Assembly: GCA_964537935.1 (NCBI GenBank) | Contig: CAZICT010000005.1 | Span: 1 to 62,795, forward strand | Direction of reading: 5' to 3' | Length of the DNA stretch: 62,795 nucleotides | Source of the DNA: an uncultured Candidatus Saccharibacteria bacterium | GTDB lineage: Bacteria > Patescibacteriota > Saccharimonadia > Saccharimonadales > CAZICT01 | Shown here: in pieces, positions 29,492-40,268 of the stretch | Layout: each line of letters begins with the position of its first letter | Numbering within the stretch: the first letter of the stretch is position 1 | Translations under genes and position numbers: made by a program | The notes under the pieces: model-generated | The model's database searches: none | The model's input: only the letters and a program-made list of their open reading frames with translations | Told to the model about the DNA's origin: nothing

Positions 29492-30689
29492 CTTTAGAGA
29501 GATCGTCAGCGCAAATTACGCAGGATTCTTCTTCGTCCTGTTCCGATAAGAATAGTTCCACGGCGTTGAACAAGGGTCGGTAATCGTGGTAGGCAATAAG
29601 GTCGGCCATACGGCGCAGCCACCACCCGACGCGGCCGTAAATCCGGAATCTGCCCCATAAGACCGCCGCCCATTTCGGACCGGCAGGCATAACATAGATG
29701 GGTTTTTTGGCTTTGTATGGCTCAGGTTCCTCGCCGTTGGCAATCCGGATTAAATTACGGGCGACGTAGCGTCCGTCATGAAGAGCGGTCTGAGCCATTC
29801 CACAATAAGGCGTGTCGGCGTTATCACCGAGTACATAAATGCCTGGTTCGGCTTGCAGAAAATGATCGACACGAACCCGGCCGTTTTTACTAAGCTGAAA
29901 ACCTTCTTTTTTAAATAAAGGGTTATTTGTTACACCGGCAGTCCAGATGACGGTATGGCTACGGATTGGCTTATTGTTGACCATAAGCGCATCGGCAGTC
30001 TGTGCCTGTACAGAAGTCTTTACCCGTACTTTTACACCTATACTGCGCAGATGTCTGGCGACGGCTATAGACAGATCCTTTGGCATTCTTGGAAGCAGTC
30101 GAGGCGCAGCTTCTATAAGGTCGACATGCACTTTGTGCTTTCCGGGTATATTATGCCGTTTGGCAATGTGCTTTATGTATGAAGGCAATACTCCGGCCAG
30201 TTCGACACCAGTCGGCCCACCGCCTACAACCACATAGTTCAAATCGAGTTTTTTATTGTCTATCAGTTGTTGATGAAGGTGTTGCTTGAGTTCTTCAGCC
30301 TGGTCGACGGATTTGATACCGAAAGAATATTCTTCAAGCCCCTTAATACCGAAGTAGTTGGTTGTAACGCCTATGCCCATCAGTAGCGCGTCGTAGTTTA
30401 TGGTGTGACCAATCTGGGTTTTAACCGTTCGTTTATCACGATCAATCGAAACGACTTTGTCGTGTATCAAATGAATCGGCTTGTCCTTAAAGATGTGTGT
30501 CAGCGGGATAGCCGATATCCGCTTAGTGCCTCCGGTAGCTGTGCGGTATAACGTACCATAAATATGAAAGTCAGTATTATCGCTTATAAGAGTTATACGG
30601 AAGCGGTCATCTTTGACGAGCTCCAAGGCGGCTTTAATGCCCGCAAATCCACCGCCAACAATAGTTATATTGTGTTTGTTTTTACTCAT
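29469..30689 (-). CDS. ndh: type II NADH dehydrogenase (NDH-2)
   Basis: Two dinucleotide folds, ITIVGGGFAGI and VVGGGPTGVELAG. Start set to the ATG at 30689 (MSKNKHNITIVGGG). Confidence 0.85.
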   Translation of the reverse strand: MSKNKHNITIVGGGFAGIKAALELVKDDRFRITLISDNTDFHIYGTLYRTATGGTKRISAIPLTHIFKDKPIHLIHDKVVSIDRDKRTVKTQIGHTINYDALLMGIGVTTNYFGIKGLEEYSFGIKSVDQAEELKQHLHQQLIDNKKLDLNYVVVGGGPTGVELAGVLPSYIKHIAKRHNIPGKHKVHVDLIEAAPRLLPRMPKDLSIAVARHLRSIGVKVRVKTSVQAQTADALMVNNKPIRSHTVIWTAGVTNNPLFKKEGFQLSKNGRVRVDHFLQAEPGIYVLGDNADTPYCGMAQTALHDGRYVARNLIRIANGEEPEPYKAKKPIYVMPAGPKWAAVLWGRFRIYGRVGWWLRRMADLIAYHDYRPLFNAVELFLSEQDEEESCVICADDLSKAKYLSAS

Positions 30690-30760
30690 GACACCTACTA
30701 GTGTAGAGAAGTAAGTCGTAACTGTAAACACTTAAGCTTAGTCGTGATACACTTGACTAT

Positions 30761-32413
30761 ATGCAGACAATAAAAACACAGCTCAAAAAGCTTATTAAAG
30801 GCGAGGTACAAGACAGCCGACGGGTACGTGATGAGTTCAGTCACGATGCCAGTATGTTTGAACTTTTGCCTGACATCGTGATAAGCCCCAAAGACAGTCG
30901 TGACATTCAAAACCTGGTCAAATTTGTGACTGCTCAAAAACGCAAATACCCAGAGCTTGCTATCACTCCACGAAGTGCAGGCACCGACATGAGCGGCGCA
31001 GCAATCGGCGAGTCGATTGTTCTTAATATGAAGAAGCACTTTAACAAAATTCATGAAGTAAACGAAGAGTATGCTCATACGGAACCGGGCGTTTACTATC
31101 GTGATTTTGAGGCTGAGACACTTAAGCACGGTGCATTATTGCCGTCATATCCAGCCAGTCGTGATTTATGCACGGTTGGCGGTATGGTTGCGAACAATTC
31201 CGGGGGTGAAAAATCACTGCAATACGGTAAGACCGAGAAATTTGTAGAAGAGCTGAAGGTAATTTTTGCAGACGGTAACGAATATACCGTCAAGCCGTTG
31301 ACGCTTAAAGAACTGAAGTCAAAAATGCGGCAGCAAAATTTTGAAGGCAAGGTATATCGAGATATCTTCAAGCTAGTCGACACACATTACAGCGCAATCA
31401 AAAAGGCTCAACCGAATGTCAGTAAAGATTCAACCGGCTATCATCTCTGGAATGTTTGGGACCGCAAGAAAGAAGTGTTTGACCTGACGCAGCTGATAAT
31501 CGGATCACAAGGCACTCTGGGGATTGTGACTGATATAAAATTCAGACTGGTGCCGGCACCAAAGCACTCCGGCACGCTGGTAGTGTTTTTGCGTGATATC
31601 AGTAGACTGGGCGACGTAATTAAAAAAGTACTTACCCATAAACCGGCGACGTTTGAAGGTTTTGACAACTATACTCTTATGCTTAGTTTCAAGCTATTCT
31701 TCTTTTTCTATAAAAAATTAGGGTGGTTGGGCCTAATCAAATTGGGAATCCAGCTTATCCCTAGTGCGTTGATGCTCTTCAGGGGCATTCCTAAAATGGT
31801 GTTGTTGATTGAGTTTAACGGCGAAACTCCGGAAGAAGTAAAAATGAAAATACGTGATTGCAGGAATAGCCTTGGAAAGTTTGCCAAGCATGCTCTTTTC
31901 GAAGAAAACGCAACAGAGGAGAAGGCTAGAAAATTCTGGATTATGCGTCGAGAAAGCTTTAACCTCCTCAGACAAATGGTTAAAGACAAGCATACCGCGC
32001 CTTTCATTGATGACCTGGTGGTCAACCCGGAGCATTTACCGCAATTTTTACCGGAGCTGAGAGAAATACTGGACCGCTATAAATTCTTAGCTACAGTGGC
32101 CGGGCATATGGGAGATGGAAACTTCCATGTCATACCATTAATGAAAATTGAAGACACTTTGGAAAGAATTAAGATAGCGCCGGCGATGAAAGAAGTAAAC
32201 GAGCTTGTCGTGCGTTATGGCGGTTCTTTGAGTGGTGAGCATAATGATGGCATGTCACGCGGGCCGTGGCTGCATCAAATGTACGATCCTGACATAATTG
32301 AGCACTTTAAAACTGTAAAGTTTACGTTCGATCCGCTAAATATTTTTAACCCCAAGAAGAAGACTGATGCGGACTGGGAGTATTCAATGGCACATATCCG
32401 TGAACATTTTTAG
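30761..32413 (+). CDS. FAD-linked oxidase (GlcD / D-lactate dehydrogenase family)
   Basis: PCMH-type FAD-binding region ITPRSAGTDMSGAAIG ... GGMVANNSGGEKS. C-terminal GGSLSGEHNDGMSR. Confidence 0.75.
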   Translation: MQTIKTQLKKLIKGEVQDSRRVRDEFSHDASMFELLPDIVISPKDSRDIQNLVKFVTAQKRKYPELAITPRSAGTDMSGAAIGESIVLNMKKHFNKIHEVNEEYAHTEPGVYYRDFEAETLKHGALLPSYPASRDLCTVGGMVANNSGGEKSLQYGKTEKFVEELKVIFADGNEYTVKPLTLKELKSKMRQQNFEGKVYRDIFKLVDTHYSAIKKAQPNVSKDSTGYHLWNVWDRKKEVFDLTQLIIGSQGTLGIVTDIKFRLVPAPKHSGTLVVFLRDISRLGDVIKKVLTHKPATFEGFDNYTLMLSFKLFFFFYKKLGWLGLIKLGIQLIPSALMLFRGIPKMVLLIEFNGETPEEVKMKIRDCRNSLGKFAKHALFEENATEEKARKFWIMRRESFNLLRQMVKDKHTAPFIDDLVVNPEHLPQFLPELREILDRYKFLATVAGHMGDGNFHVIPLMKIEDTLERIKIAPAMKEVNELVVRYGGSLSGEHNDGMSRGPWLHQMYDPDIIEHFKTVKFTFDPLNIFNPKKKTDADWEYSMAHIREHF

Positions 32414-32523
32414 AGACCTTAGCGGTTACTTTGGTATCAAGTTTATATTAACAGAGACAGTTTGCCTGAAGATTGGTACATAGGGTAAGCTATAAGCAAA
32501 AGCAGTATGGGTAAATAAAAATT

Positions 32524-33618
32524 ATGTATTTTGCGCATGCAGGTCACGACCATTCACTAAGTGCTATTGGCGTCCGCCCGTGGATGATCGCCGGCGTGCT
32601 TGTCGTGGCGCTGATATTGGGCTCGATAGTTTTTTGGGCACTGCGACGTAGCCTTGTTCAGTCAAAAGGTAAGTCTCACGCTAAAAACAGGCGTAATAAA
32701 TTAACTATCTTGAAATTTGGATTGATTGCGGCGGCGTTGATTGCGGCAATTACGTTAGCAGCTATGCAGTTAGGCGATAACAACGTCGCCGTACTAAACC
32801 CGAGAGGAACGATTGCCGAGCAGCAGCGCAGCCTGCTGTTCTTTACGGTACTCCTAAGTTCATTAGTAATCGTTCCGGTGTTTGTGCTCACGGTATTGAT
32901 TTCATGGAAATTTAGAGGAAATAATAAAAAAGCCCGTTACACACCTAACTGGGATCACAACCCTAAATTGGAGCTCATATGGTGGGGTATTCCGTTTACG
33001 ATTATTTTCATCCTTAGCATCATAACTTGGGTAACCACTCACTCACTCGACCCCTACAAGCCACTTGATTCCGACAAAGAACCCGTAAATATACAAGTAG
33101 TGGCGATGCAGTGGAAGTGGCTGTTTATTTATCCTGATGAAGACATTGCAACGGTGAACTTTTTTCAGATTCCAGTAGACACACCGATAAATCTCGAAAT
33201 AACCGCAGATGCACCTATGAATTCGTTTTGGGTTCCGCAATTAGGCGGACAAATATATGCAATGAACGGCATGGTGACAAAATTACACCTGGAAGCTGAT
33301 GAGGCCGGAGACTATCATGGAGTGTCGGCGAATATTAGCGGAGAGGGCTTTGCGGACATGCGGTTTGTGGCTCGTGCCAGCTCGCAAAACGAGTTTGAGG
33401 ATTGGGTTGACAAGATTAAGCAATCACCTGAAGAGCTGGACCTCGATAGATACAATCAACTAGCTTTACCGGCTGTCGTTGATGAACCACTGCAATTCAC
33501 GTCTAAGGATAAGCAGCTTTATGATACGATAGTAATGAAGTTTATGAAGCCTCATGGTATGCCGCATAACGAGGGTAATGAGGTCTATGAGCATAGTGAG
33601 GCGACACATGAGCATTGA
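32524..33618 (+). CDS. cyoA: heme-copper quinol oxidase subunit II
   Basis: Cupredoxin region NSFWVPQLGGQIYAMNGM. The CuA Cys ligands are absent (GVSANISGEGFADM), which indicates a quinol oxidase. Confidence 0.85.
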   Translation: MYFAHAGHDHSLSAIGVRPWMIAGVLVVALILGSIVFWALRRSLVQSKGKSHAKNRRNKLTILKFGLIAAALIAAITLAAMQLGDNNVAVLNPRGTIAEQQRSLLFFTVLLSSLVIVPVFVLTVLISWKFRGNNKKARYTPNWDHNPKLELIWWGIPFTIIFILSIITWVTTHSLDPYKPLDSDKEPVNIQVVAMQWKWLFIYPDEDIATVNFFQIPVDTPINLEITADAPMNSFWVPQLGGQIYAMNGMVTKLHLEADEAGDYHGVSANISGEGFADMRFVARASSQNEFEDWVDKIKQSPEELDLDRYNQLALPAVVDEPLQFTSKDKQLYDTIVMKFMKPHGMPHNEGNEVYEHSEATHEH

Positions 33619-33630
33619 TAAAGGAACAGC

Positions 33631-35604
33631 ATGTTAGGAAGATTAACGCTCGACGCTTTGCCAAAGGATCCGATTGTATTGTTTGGCGTACTGACGATGA
33701 TGCTTGGTGGCCTTGGTGTGGTAGCGGCTCTGACTTATTTCAAGCGCTGGAAGTGGTTATGGAAAGAATGGCTAACATCTCTAGACCATAAAAAAATCGG
33801 AGTCATGTACATAGTTGTGGCTGTTTTAATGCTACTGCGCGGCCTGATGGATGCTTCTATGATGCGTGCCCAGCAGGCGCTTGCGGTCGGTGAATCTCCC
33901 GGTATTTTATCTTCGGATCACTTTCAGCAAGTGGTTACCGCTCACGGCACCATAATGATTTTCTTTGCCGCTATGGGGCTGATGTTCGGAATAATTAACC
34001 TGGTTTTGCCTTTGCAGCTTGGTTCCCGGGACGTGGCTTTCCCTTTCTTAAACTCCACCAGTTTCTGGCTGTTTGCCATGGGTGCGGTACTAATCAATAT
34101 ATCGCTTGGCATCGGAGAATTTGCCGCTACCGGCTGGCTGGCCTATCCGCCGCTTTCCGGGCTTGAATACAGCCCGGGGGTCGGAGTGGATTATTGGGTC
34201 TGGGCCTTACAGATATCAGGTGTGGGAAGTTTGCTGTCCGGAGTTAACTTCATAGTAACAATCATAAAAATGCGCGCACCTGGCATGACACTCATGAAGA
34301 TGCCGATATTTGCCTGGAGCGTGCTTGTAAGCATGCTTTTAGTCATCTTTGCATTCCCGATTCTTACAGCCACACTGGGCATGCTCGGGCTTGATAGGTT
34401 GCTTGGTATGCATTTCTTTACGTCTAGTTTTGGCGGCAATCCGATGATGTACGTTAACCTTATTTGGGCTTGGGGTCATCCGGAGGTATATATTTTGGTA
34501 TTACCGGCCTTCGGTATATTCTCCGAAGTCGTTGCCACATTTTCGCGTAAGCGGCTTTTCGGATATCCATCAATGGTAGCGGCCCTGGTGGCTATTACCG
34601 TATTGTCGTTTATTGTATGGCTGCATCATTTCTTTACGATGGGTGCCGGCGCCAACGTGAACGCGTTCTTTGGAATAATGACGATGATAATCGCTGTGCC
34701 CACCGGTGTAAAAATTTTCAACTGGCTGTTTACGATGTATGGAGGAAGGATACAGTTTAAGACTCCGATGTTGTGGTTTTTGGGTTTTGTGTTTACGTTT
34801 ACTATCGGTGGGGTGACCGGAGTATTGATGGCCGTGCCGGCGATTGATTTCCAGGTTCACAACAGTCTGTTTCTTGTGGCTCATTTCCATAATGTGATCA
34901 TCGGCGGCGTTGTGTTCGGCTACTTCGCGGGCCTTACTTATTGGTTTCCAAAGATATTTGGCTTTAAGCTAAACGAATTTCTGGGTAAATGTGCCTTCTG
35001 GTGCTGGGTTGTAGGGTTTGCAGTGGCATTCATACCTCTCTATGCTCTAGGACTTATGGGCGCTACCAGGCGTCTGGATGGATATGATGAATCACTGGGC
35101 TGGCAATGGCTGTTTATTGTGGCTGGCGTTGGGGTAATGATAATTATCACCGGTGTGATATTCCAGGTATTGCAGTTGATAGTTAGCATCATTCAGCGTA
35201 AGGCAAACCGGGACTTGACCGGCGATCCTTGGGACGGCCGTACCTTGGAATGGTCGCTGCCTTCACCGGCACCGTTTTATAATTTTGCCGTCATACCCAA
35301 GGTTCATACCCGTGACGCATTCTGGGAAATGAAACAAACAAAGGCCGGTGATAAACCCAAGAAACCTGTCTATTCAGATATACATTTACCAAAAAATACG
35401 CCCATGGGACTGTTTATTGCCGTAAGCAGCTTGGTGATTGGATTTGCCTTAGTTTGGCATATCTGGTGGCTGGCGCTGATTGGTTTGCTGGCTCTTATTG
35501 CATGCATTATCGTTAGAACTTCCGATGATAATACGGAGTACACCATAACTGCCGCGGAAATAGAGAAATTGGATAAAAAGTATAGCCGGAGACAGTACGC
35601 ATGA
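33631..35604 (+). CDS. cyoB: heme-copper quinol oxidase subunit I
   Basis: [31 protein letters not shown]. 657 aa, polytopic. Confidence 0.95.
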   Translation: MLGRLTLDALPKDPIVLFGVLTMMLGGLGVVAALTYFKRWKWLWKEWLTSLDHKKIGVMYIVVAVLMLLRGLMDASMMRAQQALAVGESPGILSSDHFQQVVTAHGTIMIFFAAMGLMFGIINLVLPLQLGSRDVAFPFLNSTSFWLFAMGAVLINISLGIGEFAATGWLAYPPLSGLEYSPGVGVDYWVWALQISGVGSLLSGVNFIVTIIKMRAPGMTLMKMPIFAWSVLVSMLLVIFAFPILTATLGMLGLDRLLGMHFFTSSFGGNPMMYVNLIWAWGHPEVYILVLPAFGIFSEVVATFSRKRLFGYPSMVAALVAITVLSFIVWLHHFFTMGAGANVNAFFGIMTMIIAVPTGVKIFNWLFTMYGGRIQFKTPMLWFLGFVFTFTIGGVTGVLMAVPAIDFQVHNSLFLVAHFHNVIIGGVVFGYFAGLTYWFPKIFGFKLNEFLGKCAFWCWVVGFAVAFIPLYALGLMGATRRLDGYDESLGWQWLFIVAGVGVMIIITGVIFQVLQLIVSIIQRKANRDLTGDPWDGRTLEWSLPSPAPFYNFAVIPKVHTRDAFWEMKQTKAGDKPKKPVYSDIHLPKNTPMGLFIAVSSLVIGFALVWHIWWLALIGLLALIACIIVRTSDDNTEYTITAAEIEKLDKKYSRRQYA

Positions 35605-36209
35605 GTGGTGTAAAGACAGCAGCTCAGGCACATAAGCACGCCGAACAACACTCTGACGACAAAACCACATTTGGTTTTTGGGTATATTTGATGACGGACT
35701 GTGTTTTGTTTGCCAGTTTGTTTGCAACCTATGCAGTTCTGCGTCACAGCACCTTTGGCGGTCCATCGGGCGGAGAATTGTTCAGTCTGTCGTTTGTGCT
35801 TATCGAAACACTCATCCTACTAACCAGCAGTTTTACTATCGGATTAGCTGTGTTGTCTATGCAAAGCCGCAAAAAAGCCCAGGCGCTGGTTTGGCTGTTG
35901 GCAACCTTTATGCTTGGTGCTGTGTTCCTCGGGATGGAGATATATGAATTCTCACACCTGATTCATGAAGGTAATAGCTGGCGCAGGAGCGGCTTTTTGT
36001 CGGCATTCTTTACGCTGGTCGGTACTCACGGGGTGCACATTGCCGTAGGTCTGTTATGGGTTTTGACGATGTTTATGCAGATTTTGAACCGTGGCTTTAC
36101 CAAGCCGACAATACGCAGGCTGACGTTACTGAGTTTGTACTGGCATTTTCTTGATATCGTATGGATATTTATCTTTACATTTGTTTACCTGTTTGGAGCG
36201 ATTAAATGA
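35601..36209 (+). CDS. cyoC: quinol oxidase subunit III
   Basis: 202 aa with five TM helices. [13 protein letters not shown] motif. ATGA overlap with cyoB. Confidence 0.9.
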   Translation: MSGVKTAAQAHKHAEQHSDDKTTFGFWVYLMTDCVLFASLFATYAVLRHSTFGGPSGGELFSLSFVLIETLILLTSSFTIGLAVLSMQSRKKAQALVWLLATFMLGAVFLGMEIYEFSHLIHEGNSWRRSGFLSAFFTLVGTHGVHIAVGLLWVLTMFMQILNRGFTKPTIRRLTLLSLYWHFLDIVWIFIFTFVYLFGAIK

Positions 36210-36568
36210 GCAAGCAAGATACGCACGCCTCTACCTTCAATTCGTACCTAACAGGATTTTTGCTGTCGGTCGCGTTGACCGTTGTGGCTTTCTTTATGGT
36301 TGCCGCCAAGATATTCTCAGGCCGTGTAATGATGTATATCATCGTTGGCTTAGCGGTCGAGCAGCTACTGGTACAGTTGGTATTCTTTCTTCATTTACAT
36401 AAAGAATCAAAGCCGCGCTGGAACCTGTTCATTATGTTGTTTATGCTGTTAATTCTGGCTATCGTAGTCATCGGCTCCTTATGGATTATGCACCACCTGA
36501 ACTACAACATGATGCCGGAGCACGAAATGGATAGCTATATGATTGAAGAAAGCGGAAAGGGCTTTTAA
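36206..36568 (+). CDS. cyoD: quinol oxidase subunit IV
   Basis: 120 aa with three TM helices. Identified by position in the operon and ATGA overlap with cyoC. Confidence 0.8.
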   Translation: MSKQDTHASTFNSYLTGFLLSVALTVVAFFMVAAKIFSGRVMMYIIVGLAVEQLLVQLVFFLHLHKESKPRWNLFIMLFMLLILAIVVIGSLWIMHHLNYNMMPEHEMDSYMIEESGKGF

Positions 36569-37427
36569 GTCAGATTTGATTAAGGATTATTACCTGTTAA
36601 CCAAGCCCGGAATAATAAGGGGTAATGTTTATACGGCAATCGGCGGCTTCCTTTTAGCATCTCAGGGCACGATCGACTGGTGGTTATTTGTGGCGGTTAC
36701 AGTCGGAGTGGTGCTTATAATCGCTTCGGCCTGCGTCTTTAATAATTATGTTGATCGCCACATAGACAGTAAAATGTCACGCACAAAGTCGCGGGCATTA
36801 GCGGCTGGCCGCGTATCCCACAAAGCGGCGCTAACATATGCCACACTTTTAGGAATCGGCGGCTTCATAGCGCTTAGTTTTACTAATTTAGTGACCATAA
36901 CCTTAGGTCTGCTTGGCATTTTTTCGTACGTTGTAGTTTATGGAGCCGCTAAACGGCGTACTGTTTATGGTACTCTTGTAGGCACGGTTCCGGGAGCCAC
37001 TTCCATCACTGCCGGGTATACAGCCGTAACCGGCGGGATCGATCAGGTAGCGGTACTGCTGTTTTTGATATTGGTTTTTTGGCAAATGCCGCATTTCTAT
37101 GCAATTGCGATAATGGGCATAAAAGATTACGAAGCAGCCGGTATACCTGTCATGCCAATCAAGAAGGGCTTACTGCGAACCAAGCTGGAAATGCTGGTCT
37201 ACACGGTAGCGTTTGTCGTGGCTACGATACTACTGGCTGTTCTAGGTTATGCCGGCTGGGTGTACGGGATACTGATAACCTTGCTGGGGCTAGGTTGGAT
37301 TATAGTTGCAGTCAGGGGTTTTAAAACAAAAAGAGACTCAAAATGGGCGCTTGATATGTTTAAATATTCGCTACGTATACTTTCGGTGTTTTCAGTACTG
37401 ATTGCCGTTGACGTTTGGCTGCCATAA
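36543..37427 (+). CDS. cyoE: protoheme IX farnesyltransferase (heme O synthase)
   Basis: UbiA-family motifs NNYVDRHIDSKMSRTKSR and YGAAKRRT. TTG start overlaps the end of cyoD. Confidence 0.9.
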   Translation: MKKAERAFKSDLIKDYYLLTKPGIIRGNVYTAIGGFLLASQGTIDWWLFVAVTVGVVLIIASACVFNNYVDRHIDSKMSRTKSRALAAGRVSHKAALTYATLLGIGGFIALSFTNLVTITLGLLGIFSYVVVYGAAKRRTVYGTLVGTVPGATSITAGYTAVTGGIDQVAVLLFLILVFWQMPHFYAIAIMGIKDYEAAGIPVMPIKKGLLRTKLEMLVYTVAFVVATILLAVLGYAGWVYGILITLLGLGWIIVAVRGFKTKRDSKWALDMFKYSLRILSVFSVLIAVDVWLP

Positions 37428-37443
37428 GCGGTAAGATTAGTAT

Positions 37444-37722
37444 ATGGCACTACTGATACATGTATTGATTGCAATATCCAGTCTGTTTTATACGGCTTAT
37501 GTATTTTTCCGCCCGACAACCACTAAACTCCACGGCTCGTATCTGCTCGTTGCGCTAACCGTTTTGAGCGGTACTTACTTGGTTTTAAGTATGCAAGCTA
37601 CATTATTACACGCCTGTGTAAGCGGTCTTTGTTACCTTGGCTTAGTATTTGGCGGTATTATTGCTACTCATCGGAAATTGGCAGTCTCTACAGGCCAGTC
37701 AACAGATTCCAAGCTTAACTAA
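37444..37722 (+). CDS. small membrane protein
   Basis: 92 aa with three hydrophobic helices, directly after the cyo operon. Confidence 0.5.
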   Translation: MALLIHVLIAISSLFYTAYVFFRPTTTKLHGSYLLVALTVLSGTYLVLSMQATLLHACVSGLCYLGLVFGGIIATHRKLAVSTGQSTDSKLN

Positions 37723-37748
37723 GCCGTAAACATTCTTAACTTAAATTT

Positions 37749-38714
37749 CTATAGAGTCTCTTGTTTAATTTTCTTAGCAAGATAATTATATTGATTTTTT
37801 AGGCTGGCACACTGAACATGTTCGCTGTTAATCGTTTTGTCAATAAAAATGTCATCTTGGGACCATGCATCCTTCTTGTATGCTATATCGGCTAAGCAGG
37901 CTTCGTACTTGGCTCTTAGAACTTTAAGCTGGTTCATGCTATCTGCCACTACTGGCGACTCAGGTTTGCGGGTTATAAACACAATTGACCCTAAAAGAAT
38001 TACAATGCTTAAACAAACCAGGGCAAAGTTCCACCTTACTTGCATCTTTTGCTTATCGGGATAGGTTATGTGTGGCTTGCGAGGTAAGTGTGGCGAGGAA
38101 GATTGCAGTAACTTAGCTGATTTGGGCAATGTATAAGGTTGCCATACGCCTGGAACAAGATGCTTTTTGCTTATATATTCATTAAATTCTTCAATAAATA
38201 ACGTCAGCGTAAGGCCGCGCAGAGACTCGGACCTAATCGTTACGCCGTTTAACAGAATTACGCCTAAGCCAAGGTGGATTACTAATAATTCTGCTAATTC
38301 TTCGTTACCTTTAGAGTCTTTTAGAATCAGTTTATGGCGAGTCAGTAATAGATGGTGGGCAAGCATGTGGGCGATGGCCGTTCCGCACAAAAAAGGTGAT
38401 GTAAGGAATCGCCAACCCAAGGTTATTCGTGGAGCATGCTTGCTGGCTTGGTATGATTGCGCCCACTCTTGTGTGAAATCTATGTGTACCCGCAAGTTGG
38501 AATGTTTTATTTTTAACCAGTGAAGCAGGGCTGTCAGCATCGCTTGGGCATCCTGCTCTGACGGCTTATCGACATAGAAAGATTCTTCCGGCAAAAAAAT
38601 ATCTGTCGGAGCGTTATACCCAGCGGCAATCCGCTGAATTTTTTTCCGTTTTTCCTTAAGAGAGATTATGTCGGTGGGGCTTATCTTTGTTTCTGTTTGT
38701 ACAACGCACTTCAT
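37749..38714 (-). CDS. hypothetical membrane-anchored protein
   Basis: 321-aa ORF with one internal TM helix (FALVCLSIVILLGSIVFI). No motifs. Confidence 0.55.
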   Translation of the reverse strand: MKCVVQTETKISPTDIISLKEKRKKIQRIAAGYNAPTDIFLPEESFYVDKPSEQDAQAMLTALLHWLKIKHSNLRVHIDFTQEWAQSYQASKHAPRITLGWRFLTSPFLCGTAIAHMLAHHLLLTRHKLILKDSKGNEELAELLVIHLGLGVILLNGVTIRSESLRGLTLTLFIEEFNEYISKKHLVPGVWQPYTLPKSAKLLQSSSPHLPRKPHITYPDKQKMQVRWNFALVCLSIVILLGSIVFITRKPESPVVADSMNQLKVLRAKYEACLADIAYKKDAWSQDDIFIDKTINSEHVQCASLKNQYNYLAKKIKQETL

Positions 38715-38837
38715 AGCATATGCATATCATAGCAAAGCGTGCACATCTTGCATAAGCTTATAGCAGGCTACGCTTTCATCATCAGTTATAACAAAATGTC
38801 TAGCGATAATTTTATACTATTTAAATATAAATTAAGG

Positions 38838-38981
38838 CTAATATGTTACCTGTATCATATCGCGGATGGAATGCGTATGGTTAAATGTGTCTCTGTCAAT
38901 AGAGACAGGATCCTTAAATTCGCTGAGTGATGACGGTTGTGTCTCGATAAGATCACTCATTGTTTTATAATGGTAACGCAT
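38838..38981 (-). CDS. possible 47-aa small protein
   Basis: Hand-translated MRYHYKTMSDLIETQPSSLSEFKDPVSIDRDTFNHTHSIRDMIQVTY, preceded by GAGGAGGAG. Below the ORF-track cutoff. Confidence 0.3.
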   Translation of the reverse strand: MRYHYKTMSDLIETQPSSLSEFKDPVSIDRDTFNHTHSIRDMIQVTY

Positions 38982-39148
38982 GTCTCCTCCTCACCTTAGT
39001 GCTTTAGACACTTTCATAATAGGTGTTTAAGAGGTGTGACACAGTAAAGAAACTAACCAAATACCTGTAATAAAATCTACAAGTCACTAGTGAACTAACG
39101 TCAATTGTTTTACACTAGATAGTAGTTTATTGTTGAGAGACAGCAAAT

Positions 39149-39811
39149 ATGACAAGAAGTTCCAAATTACAATCATTCATTGACTCGTATCCAACCCGTA
39201 AGTTTAAAAAGGGTAATATAATTATTTATCAAGGTGAGGTAACCCGGAGCAGCTACATAATAAAAGAAGGGGCCATAAAAGCCTATAGCATTAACACTCA
39301 GGGAGAAGAGCGGATAGTTCGATTCTATGCAGCCGGCGACATTTTTCCAGCCCCTTGGGCGGTTGATGCTTCAGCTTCGGCTCCTTATTACTACGAAAGC
39401 CTGAATGAACTACTTGTCCACGTTATTCCCCAGGCAGATTTTCAAGAAAAAGCCAAAGAAGACGTGACAATGATGGGAGAAATCACCGATTATTATATAG
39501 CCGCCTACGCTAATGCGATGATGCGGATCAGCGCTTTGGAGCAGGCTAAGGCTACCGAAAAGCTTACCTACACCCTCTTTTATTTGCTGCAAGGTCACGG
39601 CAAGCACCTTGGAGGAGATCTTCACCGCATCAATCTATCACTTACTCAACAAATGATAGCCTCACTTATAGGCTTAACGCGTGAAACGACCGCAAACGAG
39701 CTGTTGCGGCTCAAAAAGAACGGGGTTTTGTCTTATAAGTCGCAGCGCTATATCGTGAATCGCAAAAAACTCCTGGCCATTTTAGGTGAGGAAAGTCTCA
39801 GTAGTCTCTAA
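39149..39811 (+). CDS. Crp/Fnr-family transcriptional regulator
   Basis: N-terminal cNMP-binding-like barrel (FKKGNIIIYQGE...) and C-terminal HTH LTQQMIASLIGLTRETTANELLRLKK. Confidence 0.8.
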   Translation: MTRSSKLQSFIDSYPTRKFKKGNIIIYQGEVTRSSYIIKEGAIKAYSINTQGEERIVRFYAAGDIFPAPWAVDASASAPYYYESLNELLVHVIPQADFQEKAKEDVTMMGEITDYYIAAYANAMMRISALEQAKATEKLTYTLFYLLQGHGKHLGGDLHRINLSLTQQMIASLIGLTRETTANELLRLKKNGVLSYKSQRYIVNRKKLLAILGEESLSSL

Positions 39812-39822
39812 CTCTGAAGCAG

Positions 39823-40191
39823 TTATTTACTAAGAATACTTTTTACGATTTGAGTCAGTTCTTTGGGGGTTGCCCAGGCTTTTAGGATATATTTGTGGGC
39901 ACCAAGCTTGTAAGCTTCATCAATTTCTTGTTGCATGTCGAGATTGCTGAAAATAATCACTTTTACGTCCGGATGTTTTTCCCTTAAATCATATTGCTTC
40001 AAAAAATCAACGCCGCCCATTTTTGGCATTCTAAGGTCTAAAAGAATTAGATCCGGCTCTACATCTTTGGTGATCTCAAGCGCTTCGTTGCCATCAAAAG
40101 CGCAGTAAACATCATAGCCCTCGGCCTTTAATATCATTTCATAAGCCTGATTGAGTGGCCGTTCGTCCTCAACTATCAAAATTTTTGTCAT
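39823..40191 (-). CDS. single-domain response regulator (receiver only)
   Basis: KILIVEDE ... DLILLDLRMPKMGG ... K in LKAW. Start set to the ATG at 40191 after ggag. No output domain. Confidence 0.85.
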   Translation of the reverse strand: MTKILIVEDERPLNQAYEMILKAEGYDVYCAFDGNEALEITKDVEPDLILLDLRMPKMGGVDFLKQYDLREKHPDVKVIIFSNLDMQQEIDEAYKLGAHKYILKAWATPKELTQIVKSILSK

Positions 40192-40268
40192 AGTGCTCCA
40201 ATCGCTATATTCTAACGTTTTATGCAATTTATCTAGTATATTGCTTTACTTAAACAATACTCTGTAAT

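Noticed and set aside
38739-38930. 63-aa plus-strand ORF in the 38.7-39.1 kb intergenic region.
   Set aside because: It is AT-rich with no RBS and an implausible composition. A minus-strand 47-aa ORF with a strong RBS (38838-38981) explains the region slightly better, though also with low confidence.
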